NCBI GenBank assembly: GCA_943356515.1
Contig: CALRFM010000001.1
Coordinates: 1 to 24,183, forward strand
From: Patescibacteria group bacterium
Lineage (GTDB): Bacteria; Patescibacteriota; Microgenomatia; UBA1406; GWC2-37-13
Reading direction: 5' to 3'
Length of the DNA stretch: 24,183 nt
Shown here: piece after piece, positions 16,210-23,854 of the stretch
Layout: each line of letters starts with the position of its first letter
Position numbering within the stretch: position 1 is the stretch's first letter
Notes under the pieces: model-generated
Database searches by the model: none
Seen by the model: only the letters and a program-made list of their open reading frames with translations
Told to the model about the DNA's origin: nothing
Translations under genes and position numbers: made by a program

Positions 16210-18103
16210 GAAAAAAAGAGATTTAGTAACGGTGATTGTGCTTCACTATCAAGAGTACCAGTTAACAAAAGAATGTGTAGATTCGATATTGGAATCTACC
16301 TATCCGATGTATGACATTTTGATCATTGATAATGGATCTACTAATAATAGTTTTGAAAAATTAAACAAAACATACTCTCAAAATAAAAAAATAACAATTA
16401 AGCGATCTACAAAAAATCTTCAATTTGCGGGAGGCTTTAATTATGGCGCAAAGCACGCAAAGGGGAAATACATTATATTGCTCAGTAACGATATTATCGT
16501 AGACCCCCATTGGATAGATGAGCTGGTCAAATACGCAGATGAGAAAGTACTTATTCAACCACGCATCATGAGGTACTATGAGAAAAAGAGAATTGATAAT
16601 GTTGGCGGAAACTATAACGCATTTGGGATGGGAATTGGTATCAGTCATAGGAAAGATGATGATAATGCAACTGCCGGAGTAGATTTTGTAAGTGCAACAA
16701 CATTGATGATAAGCCGTACATTTTTCTTGAAACTTGGCGGTTATGATCCGTGGTTCCGAAGCCATTATGAAGACGTTGATTTAAGCTTGAGAGCAAAAAA
16801 TAAGGGAGGAACGTGTTTGGTAAGCTACGATAGTGTTATCTATCATAAAGGTTCACAAACATATAAAAAATATGCTAACTCAAACAACACATTGATGGAT
16901 GTACGGAAAAACAGAGTTCAAACTATTGTAAAGAATTTTAACGGATATGAAAAGTTCGTAAGATTAACTTTATGCTTAATTGCATTATTTCCCTTTGGAT
17001 TGAGAGATTTATTCAGATTAGATAAGGATGTATTTTTGACATATAGGGCTATCTTACTTGGATTGAACCGCACGAATATGCTATATGCTAATCCATTTAA
17101 AACATATCGCTCACTTATCTTAAAAACACATCTCAATAAAACTGCTGATATGCTATACGTCATACCAATACATAATCTTAAAGATGATCTTTATAAAACC
17201 CTAAAAAGTATCAAAAAACAAAGAAATATTAAAAGTGACATATTGCTGGTAGATAACAAAAACAATGACCTTACCAACATTATTTCTGAATTTCCTAGCA
17301 TCAATTACATCTCTCTGAAAAAGCCCACTGGTAGTGCCGGTGGGTTTAGAATTGGAGGAGAAGTGGGAATCTATTATGAATATGATTATATTATTTTTGG
17401 TGATGACGAAGCTACCCTTATGAATGCTTTCTCTCTTCAACGCATGAAAGATGTTCTTGACAAAGATACGGCTTGCGGTGCTGTGGGACCTGTTGTATAT
17501 GGTTCAGATGAAACTAAATATTCTGATCCGATACCGGTTCGCGGGCTTGGATCTTTTTGTATGGTTGTTAAAAAAACGGCACTATTAAAAGCGGGCCTTC
17601 ATAATATGGATTTGTTCTGGCTTGGTGATGATGTTGAATTGTCGCTGGGCATTGCTCGATACTTTAAAGAATATCTTGTTCCCGGAGCAGTTTATTTTCA
17701 TCCATGGTATAAACCAGGAAGACAAGAAAATGTTTCAATTTATTTCATTCTCAGAAATCTCCTCTATCTTGCATTACGTTCCCCGAAGCTTGGCATGATG
17801 GATCATATTCATGTACTTTATTACTATATGATGAAGCTTGCCGCTACGATATTTTCAAGTATTGTTTTTACCGATCTTACTTATCTTCATACTATTGTTC
17901 TTGCATTTTTGGGTACATTTGATTTAAAAAAACCACTTCACAAACAATTATTGAAAAATAACTACCATATGATTCCCCTCAATAAAAAACCAAAAGGAAA
18001 ATCTATCCTCTTGGGATCGTTGTCGATTTTTAAAAAAAGTGAATTCTATTACACCTATCTTCAACCTAACAAAAAACAATATTACCAGCTGATACAAAAA
18101 TGA
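16202..18103 (+). CDS. double-domain GT2-GT2 glycosyltransferase
   Basis: Domain 1: VTVIVLHY, IIDNGS, FAGGFN, LLSND, YEDVDL. Domain 2 starts near aa 317 (nt 17150): MLYVIPIHN, LLVDN, TGSAGGF, IIFGDD, LGDDVE, FILRN. Confidence 0.88.
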   Translation: MPKKKRDLVTVIVLHYQEYQLTKECVDSILESTYPMYDILIIDNGSTNNSFEKLNKTYSQNKKITIKRSTKNLQFAGGFNYGAKHAKGKYIILLSNDIIVDPHWIDELVKYADEKVLIQPRIMRYYEKKRIDNVGGNYNAFGMGIGISHRKDDDNATAGVDFVSATTLMISRTFFLKLGGYDPWFRSHYEDVDLSLRAKNKGGTCLVSYDSVIYHKGSQTYKKYANSNNTLMDVRKNRVQTIVKNFNGYEKFVRLTLCLIALFPFGLRDLFRLDKDVFLTYRAILLGLNRTNMLYANPFKTYRSLILKTHLNKTADMLYVIPIHNLKDDLYKTLKSIKKQRNIKSDILLVDNKNNDLTNIISEFPSINYISLKKPTGSAGGFRIGGEVGIYYEYDYIIFGDDEATLMNAFSLQRMKDVLDKDTACGAVGPVVYGSDETKYSDPIPVRGLGSFCMVVKKTALLKAGLHNMDLFWLGDDVELSLGIARYFKEYLVPGAVYFHPWYKPGRQENVSIYFILRNLLYLALRSPKLGMMDHIHVLYYYMMKLAATIFSSIVFTDLTYLHTIVLAFLGTFDLKKPLHKQLLKNNYHMIPLNKKPKGKSILLGSLSIFKKSEFYYTYLQPNKKQYYQLIQK

Positions 18104-19401
18104 AGAAAAGAATAACCAATTTAATTCGAGCATTAAGTATAAATCTCTTCGTCCGAGGGGGATTTCTTCTTACTGGAGCGAATTTCCTAACAGGATTTCT
18201 CAACTATCTCTTTAATATTTTCATTGGGCGATCACTGGGACCAGAAGGACTTGGTGAAATAACGGCACTGTTTTCATATTTAGTCGTAATTTCTATTCCA
18301 CTGGGAATATTCAATACCGTTCTTATTCAAAAAATGAGCTCTCATAATAAGCCCAAATTATTTGCATCAAAACTATATGAATGGATTGTGACGATGACTA
18401 AAAAGTGGTGGATTATTTTAGTATTCATTCTTCTTACGGCACCATTTTTACCAAATATAACAAGCTTATCTCTAGCTGCATCTTGGGCAGTTCCCCTGCT
18501 TATTGTATTTGCTCTATTGGGATCGTTTTACAATAGTGCGTTGCAAGGTCTGCATCTTTTTTATTGGTTTACCGTTATTGGGGTAATAAGTACCCTACTA
18601 AAGCTAACGGGTGCAACAATAGTATTTTTGGGTTATGGAACTATTGATACGGTTATTTTATTTATTGTGATTTCAAGTTCAGCACCTGTTCTGCTGTCTC
18701 AATATGTGTTTAAAAAACATGTGAACATCAGAGTTAAAAAGGCAATTTCAAATACATTTATAAGGCATTTATTTGATAACAGACAGTTGGCTCTTACCAC
18801 ATGTTCTACTGGAGCCCTTGCGCTTCTGAATAATGTTGATATTTTATATGTTAAAAAAATGTTCTCCCCTCAGGATGCTGGTATTTATAGTTCATGGGCA
18901 CTGTTTGCAAAATTGCTCTTATTTGCACTTGGGCCAATTATTACGACTTCCTATATATTTTTTTCAAGTAATAAACACAAAGTAAATCATAAAAAAACGA
19001 GCTTGATCCTTGTTCTTATATTAGGCTTTACTGGGCTTTTGATGTCTTTTGTGTACCAATGGTATGGAGCATGGATGGTAACTCGGTTTTTTGGAAATGC
19101 ATTCATCCCTGTCATTCCATATCTACAGCTTGCAGCATATTATGGAAGTGGCTATATGATGATGATATTTATAACCAATTATTTTCTTGCAAAAAAAAGC
19201 TTATTATCGCTAACTCCTGCGCTCTTATTTCCAGTATATTCAGGAGCTTTGATGATATACCCACAATCTATTAAAGATATCATGCACATAAATATTGTAT
19301 TTACTTCTGTCGTGGTTTTAATGTTGTTGATTGGTTTTTTAAAAACGAAGCAATTACGTACCATATTCCGATCATGGTTTGAAATACTATTTCAACATTA
19401 A
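18100..19401 (+). CDS. wzx: Wzx-like polysaccharide flippase (MOP superfamily)
   Basis: 433 aa with about 12 hydrophobic segments; NYLFNIFIGRSLGPEGLG, ALQGL, NNVDILYVKKMF...AGIY; located in a glycan cluster. Confidence 0.85.
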   Translation: MKKRITNLIRALSINLFVRGGFLLTGANFLTGFLNYLFNIFIGRSLGPEGLGEITALFSYLVVISIPLGIFNTVLIQKMSSHNKPKLFASKLYEWIVTMTKKWWIILVFILLTAPFLPNITSLSLAASWAVPLLIVFALLGSFYNSALQGLHLFYWFTVIGVISTLLKLTGATIVFLGYGTIDTVILFIVISSSAPVLLSQYVFKKHVNIRVKKAISNTFIRHLFDNRQLALTTCSTGALALLNNVDILYVKKMFSPQDAGIYSSWALFAKLLLFALGPIITTSYIFFSSNKHKVNHKKTSLILVLILGFTGLLMSFVYQWYGAWMVTRFFGNAFIPVIPYLQLAAYYGSGYMMMIFITNYFLAKKSLLSLTPALLFPVYSGALMIYPQSIKDIMHINIVFTSVVVLMLLIGFLKTKQLRTIFRSWFEILFQH

Positions 19402-20242
19402 CCCTGACATACCAATATACGCACCAACCCATGATTCTAACCTTTTCTACAGACGAAAAAGTACTGGTTTTGGTATTTGATATCAAATAATATAAATCGT
19501 ACGCAAATAACAATGGATAGGTAAGATAACGAATTATCCGCATTATTAATTCCCAAGAAAACAAATTATGTTTTATTTGTTCAAATCTATCGAGCGCGTA
19601 CCCAGAATCTGTTTTATAAAATAACTTTTTCTGTGTTGTTGCAAGACCGCCCTGAAGAAGTGTATTAAATACTGTTATATGGTCGCTCCCACCATAAACA
19701 GGTCTATTGTCCACATGGAATCCTCCTGCATTTCTGAGTAATGATGTTCTAAATAGCCCCCACACCAGAAGTGAAGGTTTTCTCAAATAGTCTTTAATAA
19801 GTTTTACGCCAGATGAATACTTGGAGAAATGGAGATGAGAAGATTGGGTGAGTTTTCCTTTGGATAAAATGAGGTTTGATGCAGCTAATGAAGCATCAGA
19901 ATATTTTATAAGTAACTGAACTAATATTTGAATATAATCCTTATGCCATGTGTCATCATTTGAAGCCCACATAAAAAACTCGCCCGTTGCTTTTTGTAAT
20001 ACAACATTTGAATTCTCCGGAATACCGAGATTGACCTTTTGCTGATAAAAATGAATATTGGAATACTTCGATGCGTACTTCTTTCCAATTTTTGCAGATG
20101 AATCTGACGATGCATCATCGGAAATGATGATTTCAATATTTGGGTATGATTGATCGAGAAGGGAGTTGATCGCTGTCCCTATGAGCTTATCTCGATTATA
20201 TGACAACAGTCCAATACTGACGAGTGGATAAAAAAATTTCAT
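19301..20242 (-). CDS. glycosyltransferase family 2
   Basis: The likely start is MKFFYPLVSIGLLSYN at 20242 (ATGA overlap with the upstream stop; the ORF track gives 20398). Motifs: EIIISDDASSD, NLG, ATGEFFMWASNDD. Confidence 0.88.
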   Translation of the reverse strand: MKFFYPLVSIGLLSYNRDKLIGTAINSLLDQSYPNIEIIISDDASSDSSAKIGKKYASKYSNIHFYQQKVNLGIPENSNVVLQKATGEFFMWASNDDTWHKDYIQILVQLLIKYSDASLAASNLILSKGKLTQSSHLHFSKYSSGVKLIKDYLRKPSLLVWGLFRTSLLRNAGGFHVDNRPVYGGSDHITVFNTLLQGGLATTQKKLFYKTDSGYALDRFEQIKHNLFSWELIMRIIRYLTYPLLFAYDLYYLISNTKTSTFSSVEKVRIMGWCVYWYVRVNVEIVFQTMIGIWYVIASFLKNQSTTLKPRQK

Positions 20243-21273
20243 TTGGAGGGTTTGAGAATGGGTTTGAGATAGGTGTCGATGTCGATAAATGGGATAAAGG
20301 GAGGAGATAAGCGATTTGATTGGAATATTAGATGAAAAGATCGAATAATTGCTAGGATAAATTTTGGAAGAAGGAGTGCGGTGGTAAGATGAATCCAATA
20401 TAAAGGTGAATAAGCAATGGGTGGGTAAAGTTTCATCAGTTCTGATGCTATGGTTAAAGTATTCGCATTGGATGAATAATATTTAATCCCGATCAAACTT
20501 CCACCTACTCCTTCAACCGCCATTTTGGTAAATATATGTTGACGATCTTTATTTGCATCCAGATCTTTATACATTTTGATTTGCTTGGGTAAATGATATC
20601 CATGGTTCACTTTTACATCGAGATGTTTGATATTTCCATGTGTACTAATCTGCCCTAAAATAAAATGATTTCCTAGATATATACATCCGTGAGAGATGAG
20701 GGCACGGTACAGAGGCTTTAGATGAGCCACCCATAGATCATCTTCGATGTCTGAAAATCGGATGAGGTCACGCCGATACATATTTCCTGACATAAATCCA
20801 AAATGCCAATTAAATACTTTTAATATATTGTCTGGAGAAGAAGGCAGGTAAAAAGTGCCTTGTTTTGCAGAATAAAGATAGGTGGGTTTATGAATATCTG
20901 TGTCATAAAACAATAAACTCATGGCTCCCACGCCTGCTTTTATATTTCTCATTTCCCTATAAAGCACCTCAAGAGAATCAGGGCAAAGAATCATATCGTC
21001 ATCTGAGAGAAGAAAGATATACGTGCCTTTTGCTTTTTTAATTCCTGTTTTAAAATTTTGAGTAAATCCAACATTTCTTGTTTGACGAATGTAGGTGATG
21101 CGTTTATCTGAGTACGATTCAACAACGCTTTTTGTATCATCTGGAGATGCGTCATCTAATATGATGATTTCGATATCTTTGAGTGTTTGATTCAGAACAC
21201 TTTGGATTGCATATTTCAGAAGTTCTGACCGATTGTAGGTAGTAATAAGAATGGTGATGAGCGGATGTTTCAT
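20239..21273 (-). CDS. glycosyltransferase family 2
   Basis: ITILITTYNR, SVLNQT, EIIILDDASPD, NVG, AKGTYIFLLSDDD. Confidence 0.92.
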   Translation of the reverse strand: MKHPLITILITTYNRSELLKYAIQSVLNQTLKDIEIIILDDASPDDTKSVVESYSDKRITYIRQTRNVGFTQNFKTGIKKAKGTYIFLLSDDDMILCPDSLEVLYREMRNIKAGVGAMSLLFYDTDIHKPTYLYSAKQGTFYLPSSPDNILKVFNWHFGFMSGNMYRRDLIRFSDIEDDLWVAHLKPLYRALISHGCIYLGNHFILGQISTHGNIKHLDVKVNHGYHLPKQIKMYKDLDANKDRQHIFTKMAVEGVGGSLIGIKYYSSNANTLTIASELMKLYPPIAYSPLYWIHLTTALLLPKFILAIIRSFHLIFQSNRLSPPFIPFIDIDTYLKPILKPSK

Positions 21274-21308
21274 ATGATAGTAAAAAAAGTACGCTACAAT
21301 ATACCTGT
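21274..21308. promoter_or_regulatory. 35-bp divergent promoter region
   Basis: Plus strand: TACAAT (21295-21300), 8 nt before the ATG at 21309. Minus strand: TACTAT (21282-21277), only 3 nt before the ATG at 21273, which is atypical spacing. Confidence 0.35.
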
Positions 21309-21830
21309 ATGCTACTGAGTATTATTGCCTTTATTGTATCATTGCCAGCTCGAATGAAAGGAATGAAAATCGCAAAAAATGTGATTCTTGCGCCAGGATA
21401 TGGGATTATTTCTTATAGATACGATAATGTGACATTACATGACAATGTCATAATTGGTCGCAATGCATTTATTCAAGTTTTTGGAAAAGGGAAAATAGAT
21501 GTTGGAGCCGGAACAACTATTGGAAAGGACGTAACGATATCTTCAAATAAAAATATCGCGATCGGAAGCAATTGTCTTATAGGATATCGCGTTTCGATTC
21601 TTGATCATGATCATACTACAGGTGGACTGTCTGCAGGAAAAAAAATAACTATTGGAAATAATTGCTCAATTGGAGCTCAATCATTTATTCTCAAAGGGGT
21701 GACACTTGGTAATGGGTGTGTGGTAGGGGCGGGGAGTGTGGTGACAAAGTCATTCCCGGCTGGATCGGTGATAGTTGGCAATCCTGCAAAGCGAATTAAA
21801 CGATCTTTAAAAAAGGCACGGGGATTATAA
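21309..21830 (+). CDS. hexapeptide-repeat (left-handed beta-helix) O-acyltransferase
   Basis: IGKDVTI, IAIGSNCLIG, ILDHDH, ITIGNNCSIG, ILKGVTLGNGCVVGAGSVVTKS, IVGNPAK. Confidence 0.92.
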   Translation: MLLSIIAFIVSLPARMKGMKIAKNVILAPGYGIISYRYDNVTLHDNVIIGRNAFIQVFGKGKIDVGAGTTIGKDVTISSNKNIAIGSNCLIGYRVSILDHDHTTGGLSAGKKITIGNNCSIGAQSFILKGVTLGNGCVVGAGSVVTKSFPAGSVIVGNPAKRIKRSLKKARGL

Positions 21831-23034
21831 ACTGCCCACCCCCTTCACGATACGTTTTGTTTTTTTTCAAGATTTCACCTGCAAAATTCCACGAAGTAAG
21901 AAGTGCGTAATCGGGAGAGTTTTTCAAAATCTTATCTTCTGGATAAATGCGAATATGAGTTCCTGGAGTGTATTTTCCTTTTTTATAAGGCGTGGCATCT
22001 ACAATATAGTCGAGGATGTCCGGAGTAATATTGCAATAATTTTCCAGGACATTCCCTTTGGCAGATGCACCGTAACCAACAATAGATTTTCCCTCTTTTT
22101 TGATTCGTTTCAAGAGGAGTGTTAATTCTTTCTTCATGTCTTTAACTCGAGATGCAAACTCATGGTATAGAGATAGCGTGTGAAATTGTTTTATCTTTTC
22201 TTCAGTAATAAAATTTTCGACACGAGGATGCACGGCGTGCTTGCTTTTGATGTGTGAGATATACACGCGTATCGTTCCCCCATGCACTGATTGTTTAATG
22301 ATGTCGACGATATGAAGATCATGCATTTCAAAGAGTTTCTGAAGGGGGTGTATTGCAAAGTAACTCAAGTGCTCGTGATATATGGTATCAAATTCATTAT
22401 TGTCTATAAGATCTACGAGGTAAGGCGCTTCCATAACAAAAAGTCCTTGTGGGTGGAGGAGCACTTGTATGCCACCTACGGCATCATGAAGATCATCAAT
22501 GTGGGCAATGACATTCGTGGCGGTGATGATTTTAGCTGGGCCATGTTCAACGACCACCTCGCCAGCAAGCTTACTCGTGAAATAGCGAGCCAATGTTGGG
22601 ATGCCCTGAGTATTTGCCTTTTTAGCAAGATTTTCAGCAGGATCTATACCGAGGATCCGCATGCCTTTCTTTTGGTAATAAGATAATAAAGTACCATCAT
22701 TGCTGCCAATATCTACAACTAAAGCGTTACTAGCCTCGGAGGTTAGTAATGTGTCTTTGACTAATTTTTCAAAATGCTCCAACATGGTCGTTGAAGTGGA
22801 GGGAATATAGACATAATTTTTGAACATTATCTCTGCTGGAATAACATGGGTGAGCTGCACAAGCCAACACGAAGTGCATACGCATGCTTTGAGGGGGTAC
22901 CGTTCTTCTTTGTGAGATAGTTGGGCTTTTGTAAGAAATCCATTAGGAATAGGCATACTACCCAAATCTAAGAAAGTATGGAGTTTAGTATTTGAACATA
23001 TACGACATGATGATTGCTTATAATTTTTACTCAT
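21796..23034 (-). CDS. NDP-hexose C-methyltransferase family, copy 2
   Basis: SCRIC, FLDLGSMP, CTSCWLVQL, VDIGSNDGTLL, TATNVIAH, FDTIYHEHLSYF, HGGTIR, GYGASAKGN, GKYTPGTHI, WNFAGEI. Confidence 0.93.
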   Translation of the reverse strand: MSKNYKQSSCRICSNTKLHTFLDLGSMPIPNGFLTKAQLSHKEERYPLKACVCTSCWLVQLTHVIPAEIMFKNYVYIPSTSTTMLEHFEKLVKDTLLTSEASNALVVDIGSNDGTLLSYYQKKGMRILGIDPAENLAKKANTQGIPTLARYFTSKLAGEVVVEHGPAKIITATNVIAHIDDLHDAVGGIQVLLHPQGLFVMEAPYLVDLIDNNEFDTIYHEHLSYFAIHPLQKLFEMHDLHIVDIIKQSVHGGTIRVYISHIKSKHAVHPRVENFITEEKIKQFHTLSLYHEFASRVKDMKKELTLLLKRIKKEGKSIVGYGASAKGNVLENYCNITPDILDYIVDATPYKKGKYTPGTHIRIYPEDKILKNSPDYALLTSWNFAGEILKKNKTYREGGGQFIIPVPFLKIV

Positions 23035-23062
23035 AGAGGCATGCTATAGTATATCTATAATT
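23035..23062. promoter_or_regulatory. 28-bp divergent promoter region
   Basis: Minus strand: TTTTCA (23069-23064), 17 nt, TAGCAT (23046-23041), 6 nt, ATG at 23034. Plus strand: TG-C-TATAGT (23042-23050), 12 nt before the ATG at 23063. Confidence 0.5.
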
Positions 23063-23854
23063 ATGAAAAAGCACGTACCTCTTCTTATTGGCATTACCTT
23101 ACTCATTGAAGTCATTCAGTTCATACTGGCAATTATCATAGGAGCAAATCAAAATATTGAACAGTATGGTCAATTGTCATTACGACTTGCGTATTTTGCA
23201 CTCCTGGCTACTTCATTTTCAATAATAACCTTACACATTATAAAGAGGCGTCACTTCGATAGAAGATCTCTTTTTTATGCCAGTATTTTGTTTGCAACAT
23301 TTATAGGTATCACAAATTTAAACATTATTGTCGTTGGAAGGAAGTTTGATTTAGAGCAATTGGGTTATTACAATTCGTGGGTACAATATGCTAAGATAAT
23401 CATACTTTTGTTAACGCCAATTGCAGGTGGGCTTTATATATTTTTTGTTAATACAGAGAGACGATTACATCGTCAAATAGTATTTATTAGCTCATTATTA
23501 ATTCTTACCGCAATAGGTATTGCCACTAACCTTGGGTACGGCGCATATGGAAAAAAGCTCATCTTTATGTTGTTTGGAAAAGAGTTTTACCCAATAAACA
23601 CGTATTTGGAATGGGCGGCATATTATGGCACCGGTTATGTAATGATGATGGTTATGAGCTTTTATTTCTTGGCACGAAAAAGTATCATTTCCATTGTTCC
23701 AGCATTTCTGCTTCCCTTCTATTTTGTAGCACTCATGACATACCCTAACAATATTGCCGATGCAATGTACATGAATATCATCTATGTCTTTGCAACTACT
23801 ACCATATTTCTCTTGGCTTTCCTCAAAGATAGAATAATATTTTTGCTAAAATGA
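23063..23854 (+). CDS. internally deleted Wzx/MOP paralog (263 aa membrane protein)
   Basis: Aligns by eye to 18100-19401: AAYYGTGYVMM vs AAYYGSGYMMM, YFLARKS vs YFLAKKS, MTYPNNI vs MIYPQSI, YIFF vs YIFF. About 143 aa of the N-terminal half are absent. Confidence 0.8.
   Translation: MKKHVPLLIGITLLIEVIQFILAIIIGANQNIEQYGQLSLRLAYFALLATSFSIITLHIIKRRHFDRRSLFYASILFATFIGITNLNIIVVGRKFDLEQLGYYNSWVQYAKIIILLLTPIAGGLYIFFVNTERRLHRQIVFISSLLILTAIGIATNLGYGAYGKKLIFMLFGKEFYPINTYLEWAAYYGTGYVMMMVMSFYFLARKSIISIVPAFLLPFYFVALMTYPNNIADAMYMNIIYVFATTTIFLLAFLKDRIIFLLK

Noticed and set aside
20243-20398. Upstream extension of the 19301 GT2 in the ORF track
   Set aside because: It overlaps the upstream GT2 by 156 nt in another frame; the ATGA-coupled start at 20242 sits right before the GT2 first strand.
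21686-21745. G-rich stretch resembling a G-quadruplex
   Set aside because: Explained by Gly/Val codons of the hexapeptide repeat (KGVTLGNGCVVGAGSVV).
7188-21867. A/T homopolymers of about 8 nt in glycan genes (e.g. 7188-7195, 10893-10900) as phase-variation switches
   Set aside because: The runs are short, expected from Lys codons in AT-rich DNA, and all frames are intact; read-level data would be needed.
3944-22686. Numerous 60-135 aa ORFs nested in or antisense to long genes (e.g. 3944-4189, 8583-8966, 16361-16765, 22291-22686)
   Set aside because: They are fully overlapped by well-supported genes and show no motifs or start signals.
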